Source of the DNA: Deinococcales bacterium | Lineage (GTDB): Bacteria; Deinococcota; Deinococci; Deinococcales; JAAFIG01 | DNA: 43,382 bases | Direction of reading: 5' to 3' | Assembly: GCA_031414595.1 (NCBI GenBank) | Contig: JANNVX010000022.1 | Coordinates: 1 to 43,382 of the forward strand | Shown: in pieces, positions 8,189 to 19,883 of the stretch | How positions within the stretch are numbered: the stretch's first letter is position 1 | How the letters are laid out: every line of letters begins with the position of its first letter | Notes under the pieces: generated by a model | Databases searched by the model: none | The model's input: the letters and a program-made list of their open reading frames with translations, nothing else | What the model was told of the DNA's origin: nothing | Program-made: the position numbers and the translations under genes

Positions 8189-9421
8189 ATGCGTAAGAGA
8201 GTGGTACTTGGTGTAACAGCAGGGTTATTTGCGATTGCCGCAGGGCTTTCGGGTATGGCACAAGATATTGGTGTGACCAAAACCAAAATTAAAATTGGCA
8301 CTTGGGGACCAACTTCTGGACCATTCCAACAATTCGGACGGGTGATGATTGGGATTGAAGCCTTGGTCAATAAAGTCAATCGTGAAGGCGGCATCAATGG
8401 TCGTCAAATCGAACTCTTAAAACGCGATGATGGTTACGATCCAGCCCGTACAAAATTGGTGGTTAAAGAATTGGTCGAACGTCAAGGTGTCTTTGGACTG
8501 GTTGGTGGGGTTGGCACAGCCAACGGCGCTGCTATTCTCGAGGATGTACGTTTGAATCAAATCCCTTGGGTTTCGCCAGCCACAGGCAGTACCCTATTTA
8601 GTCAAATTAAAGATGGTAAGCCACGCACCCCAAGTGTCTTTGCAACCTACACCAATTATGTGATTGAAAGCACCTTGTTGTTGCGTTACGCCGTCAATAC
8701 CTTAAAGTTTGATAAAATCGCTGTTGCTTATGTCAATAATAGCTTTGGTAAAGAAGGTCTGGGTGGCGTAAAAGCCGAAATCGCCGAACTAAAAGGTAAA
8801 GCCAATTTGGTTGGCGAAGTTTCACACGAACAAACCGAGAGCAACTTGGCACTGCAAGCCCTGAAACTCAAAGACAGTGGTGCAGAAGCCCTTGTGTTGT
8901 ACACCGCAGGCGATGCGATGCTTTCCTTGCTACGCGAAATGGCTAAAATTGGTTATAAGCCACAAGTCCTTGCTTCCAGTGTTGTAGCGGGTGCAATTCT
9001 CCAAGCTGGTCCTGCTACCCAAGCCAATGGTGCAATTATTGCCAGTTACATTCCAATTCCAACAGCCGCCCTTGCCGACGGTAAAAACGGCGACCCTCGA
9101 GCCGATGCCGCTTTTGCTGAACTCTTAAAACTTGCACCTGATGCAGTCAAAGCCGATCCGCTATCAACCATTGCAGGTTGGGCATTTGCCGAACCGCTCA
9201 TTGAAGGTTTGCGCCGCGCTGGTCCAAACTTGACCCGTGATAGTTTTGTCAAAGCCATGGAAGGTATCACCAATTGGAAAGGCAGTTTATTCAACAGCAT
9301 TTCCTTTAGTCCAACTGATCGTCAAGGCAACAACAGCGTCTTTTTAGTCAAAGGTGTCTACGCACCACGACCAGGTTTTGTGGCACTGAGCGGCTGGGTT
9401 TCTTTTAACAGCGAACGCTAA
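8189..9421 (+). CDS. ABC transporter substrate-binding protein (LivJ/LivK-like)
   Basis: Start placed at ATG 8189 behind aaaggag; signal peptide; GGINGRQIELLKRDDGYDP. Confidence 0.92.
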   Translation: MRKRVVLGVTAGLFAIAAGLSGMAQDIGVTKTKIKIGTWGPTSGPFQQFGRVMIGIEALVNKVNREGGINGRQIELLKRDDGYDPARTKLVVKELVERQGVFGLVGGVGTANGAAILEDVRLNQIPWVSPATGSTLFSQIKDGKPRTPSVFATYTNYVIESTLLLRYAVNTLKFDKIAVAYVNNSFGKEGLGGVKAEIAELKGKANLVGEVSHEQTESNLALQALKLKDSGAEALVLYTAGDAMLSLLREMAKIGYKPQVLASSVVAGAILQAGPATQANGAIIASYIPIPTAALADGKNGDPRADAAFAELLKLAPDAVKADPLSTIAGWAFAEPLIEGLRRAGPNLTRDSFVKAMEGITNWKGSLFNSISFSPTDRQGNNSVFLVKGVYAPRPGFVALSGWVSFNSER

Positions 9422-9435
9422 ATTATTGTTTCTCG

Positions 9436-9459
9436 AGGGGCGCAAAGTTTCGCGCCCCT
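9436..9459 (+). terminator. Intra-operon stem-loop after the substrate-binding protein gene
   Basis: aggggcgc-aaagtttc-gcgcccct. Confidence 0.6.
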
Positions 9460-9494
9460 TATTCAAATAAAAATATGAAAAATTGGAATTTACA

Positions 9495-10286
9495 ATGAGT
9501 ACCTTACTTGAAGCAAAAAATGTCACCCTGCGTTTTGGTGGGGTAACGGCTGTCAACGATGTTTCTTTTAGCGTTGGTACAAACGAAACCGTGGCGCTGA
9601 TTGGACCCAACGGCGCAGGGAAAAGCAGTTTATTTAACTGTATTACCGCCCTTTATAAACCCCAAGTCGGCAGTATTCTTTTCGCGGGGCAAGAACTGAC
9701 CAAAGCCAGCCCAGACAGCGTAGCCAGTCTTGGCATCTCGAGGACATTTCAGAACATCGAGCTTTTTGGTGGCTTAACGGTTCTCGAGAATTTATTACTC
9801 GGGCGGCATCAGCATATGAAGGTCAGTTTATTTCACGCCATGCTCGGCACACCGACTTGGGTCAAGAGCGAAGTCCAACAAATTAAACGTGCCGAAGCCA
9901 TGATTGAACTGCTCGAGTTACAGCCATACCGTGACCGCCGAGTACGCGGGTTGCCCTATGGAGTACAAAAAATAGTCGAAATCGGACGTGCCTTGGTCTC
10001 TGAACCAAAACTGCTTTTGATGGATGAACCCGTGGCGGGTTTAACTTCGGACGAAAAAGACGAATTGGTACAGCGCTTAGGCGAACTAAAAAACGAACTC
10101 GGTTTAAGTATTTTACTGGTCGAACACGATATCCGCGTGGTCTCGAGCCTAGCCGAACGAATTGTGGTCTTGGAGTACGGACGTAAAATTGCTGACGGCA
10201 CACCCGAACAAATTCGCAACGACCCTGTGGTGATTGCTGCTTACCTAGGCGAAGAAGCCGAAACCCTCGAGGGACAAAAAAAATGA
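9495..10286 (+). CDS. ABC transporter ATP-binding protein (LivG-like)
   Basis: GPNGAGKS Walker A, LPYGVQK, LLLMDEP, VEHD. Confidence 0.93.
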   Translation: MSTLLEAKNVTLRFGGVTAVNDVSFSVGTNETVALIGPNGAGKSSLFNCITALYKPQVGSILFAGQELTKASPDSVASLGISRTFQNIELFGGLTVLENLLLGRHQHMKVSLFHAMLGTPTWVKSEVQQIKRAEAMIELLELQPYRDRRVRGLPYGVQKIVEIGRALVSEPKLLLMDEPVAGLTSDEKDELVQRLGELKNELGLSILLVEHDIRVVSSLAERIVVLEYGRKIADGTPEQIRNDPVVIAAYLGEEAETLEGQKK

Positions 10287-10298
10287 AACAACCCTTAT

Positions 10299-10327
10299 CT
10301 TTTGCCTTTTGTCTTTTGCCTTTCGCC
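10299..10327. repeat. Heptamer tandem array (ctttt/cgc-like x4)
   Basis: cttttgc cttttgt cttttgc ctttcgc. Confidence 0.85.
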
Positions 10328-10405
10328 TTCTTGACCCCTACAGCAGCACCTGCGGGCTTCTTGCTCATAAAACAGCACCTGTCGGGCTATTCGCGCTTGG
10401 GTCGC
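10328..10405 (+). mobile_element. Two nested copies of a 39-nt dispersed element (outer 10328-10357 plus 10397-10405; inner 10358-10396)
   Basis: ttcttgacccctacagcagcacctgcgggc[ttcttgctcataaaacagcacctgtcgggctattcgcgc]ttgggtcgc; 78 nt = 2 x 39. Mobility is inferred. Confidence 0.75.
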
Positions 10406-10416
10406 TCGGTGTCACC

Positions 10417-11178
10417 ATGTTAAAACTTGAGAATATCGAAGCGGGTTATAGTCGCCAGACGATTGTGCTGCGCGGAGTTTCTTTGGAAGTGCCGCAGGGT
10501 AAAATCGTCACCTTACTCGGTGCAAATGGCGCAGGTAAAAGCACTACCTTAAAAACAATTATGGGTTTAATAGATGATGAACCACGCAAAGGTAGTGTGG
10601 TTTTTGCTGGTCAGACCCTGACCCATAAGGACACCGAAAGTATTGCCAGAAGCGGTATTGCCCTTGTGCCAGAAGGTCGGGGGATGTTCAAGGACTTAAC
10701 CGTTTTTGAGAATTTAATGCTGGGTGCGTATCACCACAGCGCCACAGCCCAAAACACTTTGCAAGATGTCTTTAAGCGCTTTCCTCGGCTCGAGGAACGC
10801 AAAAGCCAACACGCGGGGACATTATCGGGTGGTGAACAACAAATGCTGGCGATTGGACGGGCTTTAATGAGTCGTCCTAAACTGATTTTACTCGACGAAC
10901 CGAGCCTTGGACTTGCACCAAAATTTGTCCAAGAAGTCTTTAATGCGATTGCCAGCATCAATGCCGAAGGGGTCAGCGTCATGCTGATTGAACAGAACGC
11001 CAAAAAAGCCCTCGAGATTGCCGATTATGCCTACGTTCTCGAGCATGGCAGAATTGTTCTCGAGGGAACTGGCACAGAGTTACGCGAGAATGAAAATGTC
11101 AAGGAATTGTATTTGGGCATGACCCATGTGCCGGATACCGGTGTTGGACGGTTTAGACGCAAGCGGCGCTGGAATTAG
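10417..11178 (+). CDS. ABC transporter ATP-binding protein (LivF-like)
   Basis: Start placed at ATG 10417; GANGAGKS, LSGGEQQM, LLDEPSLGLAP. Confidence 0.93.
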   Translation: MLKLENIEAGYSRQTIVLRGVSLEVPQGKIVTLLGANGAGKSTTLKTIMGLIDDEPRKGSVVFAGQTLTHKDTESIARSGIALVPEGRGMFKDLTVFENLMLGAYHHSATAQNTLQDVFKRFPRLEERKSQHAGTLSGGEQQMLAIGRALMSRPKLILLDEPSLGLAPKFVQEVFNAIASINAEGVSVMLIEQNAKKALEIADYAYVLEHGRIVLEGTGTELRENENVKELYLGMTHVPDTGVGRFRRKRRWN

Positions 11179-11490
11179 ATGAGACAGGGGTTTGATTTTT
11201 CTACCTCAGAAATTCTGAATTGGGAACTCGAGGCGATTAGTCAGTCCTTATTTGCCCAGCAACTCGAAATTAGTCCTCATGCGTATAAAGCGGCTCGAGA
11301 CGAACAAATTCCGTATCACGCAATTCTGGAAACGATTATGGTTGGTGTTGCAGTCAGTAAAGATTTGCCAGATAATCCGCTTAGTCGTCAGGCAGGCATT
11401 AACTTTGAGTATTTGTTTGTTGGGCGTTGGCTTCGTGCTAAAGTCAGTTGGGAAGATGAGTATTACGCCGTCACGATTCATACCCTTTAG
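11179..11490 (+). CDS. DUF4258-like putative toxin (RelE/BrnT-like fold)
   Basis: ISPHAYKAARDEQI...ILETIMVG...AVTIH pattern; paired with a small downstream ORF. Confidence 0.55.
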   Translation: MRQGFDFSTSEILNWELEAISQSLFAQQLEISPHAYKAARDEQIPYHAILETIMVGVAVSKDLPDNPLSRQAGINFEYLFVGRWLRAKVSWEDEYYAVTIHTL

Positions 11491-11498
11491 GAGTTTTT

Positions 11499-11714
11499 AT
11501 GACCTTAATTTCTAATGAAATAGCTAAAGATTATACATTCCACAGTAAGGGAGTAACGTTTATCGTTCATAATATTCCAACTCGGATTCGTACTTCTCGG
11601 AGTGGGGAAATTATTGAAACTTTTTCGATGCCAATTGCCTCGAGACTCGATCAATTGCTTGATGATGTTCTGGCAAAAGACCCTACACCACGCACGGTTG
11701 AACTCGAGTTTTAG
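11499..11714 (+). CDS. YgiT/MqsA-type zinc-finger-like partner protein lacking cysteines, putative antitoxin
   Basis: YTFHSKGVTFIVHNIP...SGE...FS..IASRLDQLL follows the YgiT-type pattern; RBS aggag. Confidence 0.5.
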   Translation: MTLISNEIAKDYTFHSKGVTFIVHNIPTRIRTSRSGEIIETFSMPIASRLDQLLDDVLAKDPTPRTVELEF

Positions 11715-11767
11715 AATACATACAAGCGCGGCTCTAATACGTTAGAATATAGCTCGGAGTGGGAAAA

Positions 11768-12442
11768 ATGGCTGAGACTGCACGGATTTTGGTAATTGAA
11801 GACGACCCTGATATTACTCGGGTCTTGCGTTTTGAACTCGAAGAAGCTGGTTTTGTGGTTCACACTGCCATAGACGGGGTGAGTGGCTTGACGGCTGCTC
11901 GAGAAGTGATGCCCGATTTGGTCATTTTGGATTTGGGCTTACCGGATTTTGATGGGGCTGAAATTGCCCGTCGGGTTCGTAAAACCTCAGATATTCCAAT
12001 TATTATTCTGACCGCTTTGGACGCAATTAGCACCAAGGTCTCCTTACTCGAGGGTGGCGCAGATGATTACCTAACCAAACCCTTTGAACCCGCCGAATTG
12101 GTGGCTCGAGTGCGGGTGCAACTTCGTAAACACCGTGGTGGCGACGCAATTGTGCTGGGCTTACTCGAGATTCATATGGAAAAACGCTTGGTGCGTTATA
12201 ACACCAAGGAAATCCGTTTATCGCCTAAAGAATTTGAATTGCTGGCATTCTTGGCGCGTCAACCGGGTCGGGTCTATGCCCGAGATGAAATCGAACGTGG
12301 CGTTTGGGGCAGTAACCTAGATGAAAACAGCAATGTTGTGGATGTGCATATGGCAAATATCCGTTCTAAGTTGCGTGACATGGATGGTTATGGTGTGATT
12401 CGTACCGTGCGCGGCATTGGCTATGCCTTAAAAGGGCAATAA
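11768..12442 (+). CDS. OmpR-family response regulator
   Basis: ILVIEDD, DLVILDLGLP, GADDYLTKPF, winged-helix IRTVRGIGY. Confidence 0.95.
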   Translation: MAETARILVIEDDPDITRVLRFELEEAGFVVHTAIDGVSGLTAAREVMPDLVILDLGLPDFDGAEIARRVRKTSDIPIIILTALDAISTKVSLLEGGADDYLTKPFEPAELVARVRVQLRKHRGGDAIVLGLLEIHMEKRLVRYNTKEIRLSPKEFELLAFLARQPGRVYARDEIERGVWGSNLDENSNVVDVHMANIRSKLRDMDGYGVIRTVRGIGYALKGQ

Positions 12443-12465
12443 TGGCTGTTGGTGATGATCTAGCC

Positions 12466-12486
12466 CTCAAAGCTCAAAGCTCATAA
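12466..12486. repeat. Heptamer tandem array (ctcaaag x2, ctcataa)
   Basis: Related to the reverse complement of the (r)gct(a/t)tg units at 4894-4921. Confidence 0.6.
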
Positions 12487-12493
12487 CTATCTT

Positions 12494-13783
12494 ATGAGTA
12501 TCCGTTGGCGCGTGGCTGTGGCAATGGCTGCCTTGTTGGTGTTGTTTGCCTTGACGCTAGGGGCAGTGGTCAGTGCCGTGGTCTTAAACACCTTAGAGAC
12601 CTATCAGCGTGGGTTGCTCGAGGCGGATGCAACCCAGTTACAGCAATTGTATGCCTCGAGTACACCGGGGGTTGTGCCAGCCCAAGAACTGCTTGGTGGG
12701 GCAAGGGTGGCTATTTTTAAGAGCGATGGTTCGGAGTTCCAGAACCTCAGTCAGCTTCAAATTCCAGTATCCGAAATTCAGGCAGTTGGTCAATCAAGGC
12801 GTTTTTGGCAATCTGAAAATTTAATTGTGCTGCTCGAGCCGTTGCCACGCCTGCCAAGTAAGCCGCAAGTGCTGGTGGTGGCTGCCAGTGCCGAATACAT
12901 CAATAATTTGGCGGCTCGAGTGCGGGTAGCCACGCTGATTGTCACGGGAATTTTGGTTTTGTTGGCGGTCTTGGGTGGGTATTTGCTGACCCAACTTGGT
13001 TTGCGCCCTTTAATCAGTGTGGCGCGGCAAGCGCAAGAATTAAGCGAAAGCAACCTTAAACCACTGGTCTACGCTGGCGCTCGAGATGAACTTGGGGTGC
13101 TGGTCGAGACCCTAAATCGTATGGTCTTGCGTTTGAATTCGGCTTTTGCCGCCCAAAAGACTTTTTTAGCCGAGGTTGCCCATGAACTGCGGACTCCTGT
13201 CACGGCGATAGAGGGTTATGTGCGTCAAGCCAAGCGTGATGCCTCGCCAGAAAGCAGTAAAACCCTTGATGACGCGACTCGAGTCGCCAAGAACATGACC
13301 CGTTTGGTGTCGGATTTATTGCAACTCTCGAGGGGCGAGGTTGTTCAAGAACTTGTGCCGCACGTGCTAGATGCCAAAGAATTACTTTACGGGGTTGCCA
13401 GTGAATTTAATATCAAAGCCGTAATTGTGCCGCCTCAAACCGTAGAACTGCTTGGCGACCCAGACCGTTTAGCCCAGTTGTTGCGTAACCTAACCTCAAA
13501 TGCAGTTCGGGCAGCTGGGATAGATAAGGTACAACTCGAGTTGACCTCTAACCAAAAGAATTTAATGTTTATCGTGACTGACCAAGGGGCTGGGATTGCC
13601 CCAGAATTGCTCCCTCGGATTTTTGAAAAATTTGTCAAAGGTGCGACTTCAAGAGGAGCAGGTTTAGGTTTAGCAATCGTGGCACAAATCGCCAAAGTCC
13701 ACGGTGGTGCCGTGGCTGTGAAATCCGAACTTGGAACAGGTACGGTCTTTACGATTACGCTGCCATTACTCGAGGAGGAATAA
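12494..13783 (+). CDS. Sensor histidine kinase (HAMP-HisKA-HATPase)
   Basis: Two transmembrane segments; AHELRTP H-box; NLTSNA, DQGAGI, GAGLGLAI. Confidence 0.95.
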   Translation: MSIRWRVAVAMAALLVLFALTLGAVVSAVVLNTLETYQRGLLEADATQLQQLYASSTPGVVPAQELLGGARVAIFKSDGSEFQNLSQLQIPVSEIQAVGQSRRFWQSENLIVLLEPLPRLPSKPQVLVVAASAEYINNLAARVRVATLIVTGILVLLAVLGGYLLTQLGLRPLISVARQAQELSESNLKPLVYAGARDELGVLVETLNRMVLRLNSAFAAQKTFLAEVAHELRTPVTAIEGYVRQAKRDASPESSKTLDDATRVAKNMTRLVSDLLQLSRGEVVQELVPHVLDAKELLYGVASEFNIKAVIVPPQTVELLGDPDRLAQLLRNLTSNAVRAAGIDKVQLELTSNQKNLMFIVTDQGAGIAPELLPRIFEKFVKGATSRGAGLGLAIVAQIAKVHGGAVAVKSELGTGTVFTITLPLLEEE

Positions 13784-13809
13784 GTGAAAAGCACAGGGTC
13801 AAAAAGCAC

Positions 13810-14598
13810 TCAAGAAATATCCATGCCCATAACGCTGTACCCACCGTCCACGTAAATCGTTTCGCCTGTGGTTGCGCCAGACATTGGACTGAACAAAAAT
13901 AAGCACATGTTGCCAACATCATCAAAAGAGGCATTCTTGCCCATGGCGCTCATTTTTGCGGTCTTCTCGAGCATCTGCGTAAAGCCCGGAATGCTTTTGG
14001 CAGCCACGGTTCGCATCGGTCCCGGGCTAACACAATTGACACGAATCCCAGCGCTGCCAAGGTCATAAGCAAGGTAGCGACTGGTGGCTTCTAAAGCGGC
14101 TTTGGCGACACCCATGACGTTGTATTTGGGAATAACTTTTTCCGAGGCATAATAAGTTAATGCCACAATACTCGAGCCGGCTGGCATGATTGGCGCGGCG
14201 CGTTGGGCAAGGGCAAGTAAGCTGTACGCACTCACATCCAAGGCGATTTTCCAGCCCTCACGCGAAGTTTGCACAAATGGGTTTTCTTGGGTTTCGCGGG
14301 GCGTAAAGGCAATGGCGTGCATTAAATAATCTATCCGCCCGAATTTGGCTTTGATTTTTTCAAACATCGAATCTATTTGCTCGTCATACATCACATCGCA
14401 AACCTCGAGCATTAAAACCTGTTCGCCGTATGGCGCGGTTAGTTTCTCGAGCGCGGGGATGTTGCGTTCGCCTTGGAACGAAAAAATGCACTTGCAACCA
14501 GCCGCCAATAATTTCTTGGCAGCCGCCCAGCCAAGGCTGTATTCGTTCTGCACACCAGCAATTAAAGCGATTTTATCGGATAAATCTATATTAACCAT
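13810..14598 (-). CDS. fabI: Enoyl-ACP reductase
   Basis: Start placed at ATG 14598; GVQNEYSLGW, YNVMGVAKAALE, SPGPMRT, TGETIYVDGG. Confidence 0.93.
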   Translation of the reverse strand: MVNIDLSDKIALIAGVQNEYSLGWAAAKKLLAAGCKCIFSFQGERNIPALEKLTAPYGEQVLMLEVCDVMYDEQIDSMFEKIKAKFGRIDYLMHAIAFTPRETQENPFVQTSREGWKIALDVSAYSLLALAQRAAPIMPAGSSIVALTYYASEKVIPKYNVMGVAKAALEATSRYLAYDLGSAGIRVNCVSPGPMRTVAAKSIPGFTQMLEKTAKMSAMGKNASFDDVGNMCLFLFSPMSGATTGETIYVDGGYSVMGMDIS

Positions 14599-14651
14599 GC
14601 CAAACGATAGCACGAGCGGGGGAATAGGCGCGAGCATTGTAGACTGGAGGC

Positions 14652-15791
14652 ATGAATTCCCTAAGCACCATTTACCAAGATTTACACCAACACCCAGAGC
14701 TTTGTTACCAAGAACACCGCACCGCCAGTGTCGTGGCTCGAGAACTCGAGGGCTTGGGCTTAAGCCCACAAACGGGGATTGCCGTCACGGGTGTGGTTGC
14801 CGATTTGGTGCGTGGCACAGGTAAAACCATTGCCTTACGAGCCGACATGGATGCCTTGCCGTTATCTGAACAAACAGACTTAGCATTCTCGAGTATCCAC
14901 ACTGGAAAAATGCACGCTTGCGGACATGATGCCCACACGACCATGCTGATTGGCGCAGCTAGAATTCTGGCAAAAAGCCAATTTAACGGCACGGTGCGTT
15001 TTGTCTTCCAACCCGCCGAGGAAAGTTGCGGCGCAGACCCAGACAAAAAATCTGGGGCAGAGCGAATGCTTGAGGCTGGTGTGTACGATGGCGTAGACGC
15101 AGCCGTGGCACTGCACAACGAACCGAGTATTGGTGTGGGAACAATTGGTTTTTGTGACGCTGAAATCATGGGGTGCTGCTTAGATTTTCGGATTGTCGTG
15201 CATGGGCGCTCGGCTCACGCTGGCGCAGAGCCAGAACGGGGTATTGATGCCATCGTGGTTGGCTCGAGTATTGTGCTGCAAGCCCAAACCTTGGTCAGCC
15301 GTAACGTTGCGCCACTCGATGCCGCCGCCGTTAGTTTTGGCATTATGCACGGTGGCACAGCCGAAAACATTGTTGCCGATGAACTTATTCTGCGTGGCAC
15401 AATCCGCACCATGCGCCTTAGTACCATAAAAAATTTACAAGCCCGTCTCGAGCAACTCGCCACTGGAATCGCCCAAGCCCACGGTGCAACCCTCGAGTTT
15501 AGTGCCACACCGATTTTGCCCAGTACGATCAATGACCAACAAATCAACGATTTACTTAAAGCAACGGCTCGAGAAGCTGGTATGACCACAGAAGAAATCC
15601 CACCCAGTCTAGGGGTGGAGGATTTTGCTTATGTTTCACAACGTATTCCCAGTGCTTACGCGATGATTGGTTCAAAAGTAGAGGGGTTTGAACAGTATGG
15701 ACTGCATCATCCAAAAGTACGCTGCCATGAGGATGTGTTACCGCTTGGTGCAGCATTATTGGCAAAAGTTGCCTTGAATTTCTTAAGGTAG
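14652..15791 (+). CDS. M20D family amidohydrolase
   Basis: LHQHPEL, ALRADMDALP, MHACGHDAH, FQPAEE, EDFAY, LHHPK. Confidence 0.93.
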   Translation: MNSLSTIYQDLHQHPELCYQEHRTASVVARELEGLGLSPQTGIAVTGVVADLVRGTGKTIALRADMDALPLSEQTDLAFSSIHTGKMHACGHDAHTTMLIGAARILAKSQFNGTVRFVFQPAEESCGADPDKKSGAERMLEAGVYDGVDAAVALHNEPSIGVGTIGFCDAEIMGCCLDFRIVVHGRSAHAGAEPERGIDAIVVGSSIVLQAQTLVSRNVAPLDAAAVSFGIMHGGTAENIVADELILRGTIRTMRLSTIKNLQARLEQLATGIAQAHGATLEFSATPILPSTINDQQINDLLKATAREAGMTTEEIPPSLGVEDFAYVSQRIPSAYAMIGSKVEGFEQYGLHHPKVRCHEDVLPLGAALLAKVALNFLR

Positions 15792-15861
15792 TAACTTAGG
15801 TTCGTTGCAAAAAAAACACCTAAACTCGAGAAGGTGTAAACTAAGAACGTTGAGGTGAATC

Positions 15862-16128
15862 ATGCAAAGTACACTTGAAAAAACAGAGAACACATGGCAA
15901 TTCCAAGATGCACAAGTGCAATTCGTCGAGTTAATTTCTAAAGCCTTGGCGGGAAAACCACAAACTGTAACAAACGGTGACCAATCTGTGGTGATTGTCT
16001 CGAGTGGGCAATTTACGGGACAAGACATCAGTGGTTGGGATTCTTTACGTCCTGGAATTCTACTCGATAATGACGAAGTAGACAGGCTTTTTGATCGTCA
16101 CTATAGTGAACATGAGGCAACAAAGTGA
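15862..16128 (+). CDS. Phd/YefM-family antitoxin
   Basis: WQFQDAQVQFVELISKA...PQTVT pattern; overlaps the PIN toxin start (GTGA). Confidence 0.8.
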   Translation: MQSTLEKTENTWQFQDAQVQFVELISKALAGKPQTVTNGDQSVVIVSSGQFTGQDISGWDSLRPGILLDNDEVDRLFDRHYSEHEATK

Positions 16129-16544
16129 GTTATTTACTGGATACCAATATCATCTCAGAACCCAGAAAACGCACCCCAAATCCACAAGTTGTTCATTGGC
16201 TTAAAACGACTCCAAAAACACAGCTTTTTATTTCAAGTATTACCATTGCAGAAATTAGTGCAGGTCAGCACCTTGCAAAGAACCCAGAAATACAAGAATC
16301 TTTGTTGGCTTGGCTCGAGTACCGGGTTAAACCACAATTTGCAAGTCAAACTTTAGCTGTCACCACAGAAATCGCTGAGGTTTTAGGTCGTAGTCTCAAA
16401 CACGCCCAAGAGCTTGAGCAATCAAATCGAGTATTTGACTTGATTATTGCAGCAACGGCTATTGTCCATGATTTGGTTGTCGTTACAAGGAACGTAAAGC
16501 ACTTTAAGCCTTTCCCGATAAAGGTTTTGAACCCTTTTATTTGA
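16125..16544 (+). CDS. vapC: VapC/PIN-domain toxin
   Basis: YLLDTNIISE, SITIAEI, DLIIAATA, VTRNVKHF. Confidence 0.92.
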   Translation: MSYLLDTNIISEPRKRTPNPQVVHWLKTTPKTQLFISSITIAEISAGQHLAKNPEIQESLLAWLEYRVKPQFASQTLAVTTEIAEVLGRSLKHAQELEQSNRVFDLIIAATAIVHDLVVVTRNVKHFKPFPIKVLNPFI

Positions 16545-16567
16545 TTTTGCACACTTTAACCAGACTT

Positions 16568-19817
<3,250 letters not shown>

Positions 19818-19840
19818 CCAGTCTGGAATCTCGAGGAACA

Positions 19841-19870
19841 AAAAAAGGACGCATTGATTTGCGCCCTTTT
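19841..19870. terminator. Bidirectional intrinsic terminator
   Basis: aaaaaaggacgca-ttgatt-tgcgccctttt between convergent genes. Confidence 0.7.
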
Positions 19871-19883
19871 CGCTTTATGTCTG

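Noticed and set aside
6288-9421. Low CTCGAG density in the first three ABC genes (4 sites) and in the MDR gene 21697-22677 (1 site) as proof of horizontal transfer
   Set aside because: Suggestive only; expression level or amino-acid composition could explain it and I could not test it statistically.
10328-10405. A mini CRISPR array (repeated cagcacct..cgggct)
   Set aside because: The structure resolves as one 39-nt element nested in another. There is no repeat-spacer periodicity and no cas gene.
14599-14769. N-terminal extensions in the ORF track (fabI to 14769; also 8090, 10309, 25361, 29022, 35761, 36348, 40711)
   Set aside because: They overlap neighbouring genes or repeats; downstream ATGs match family N-termini or RBS positions.
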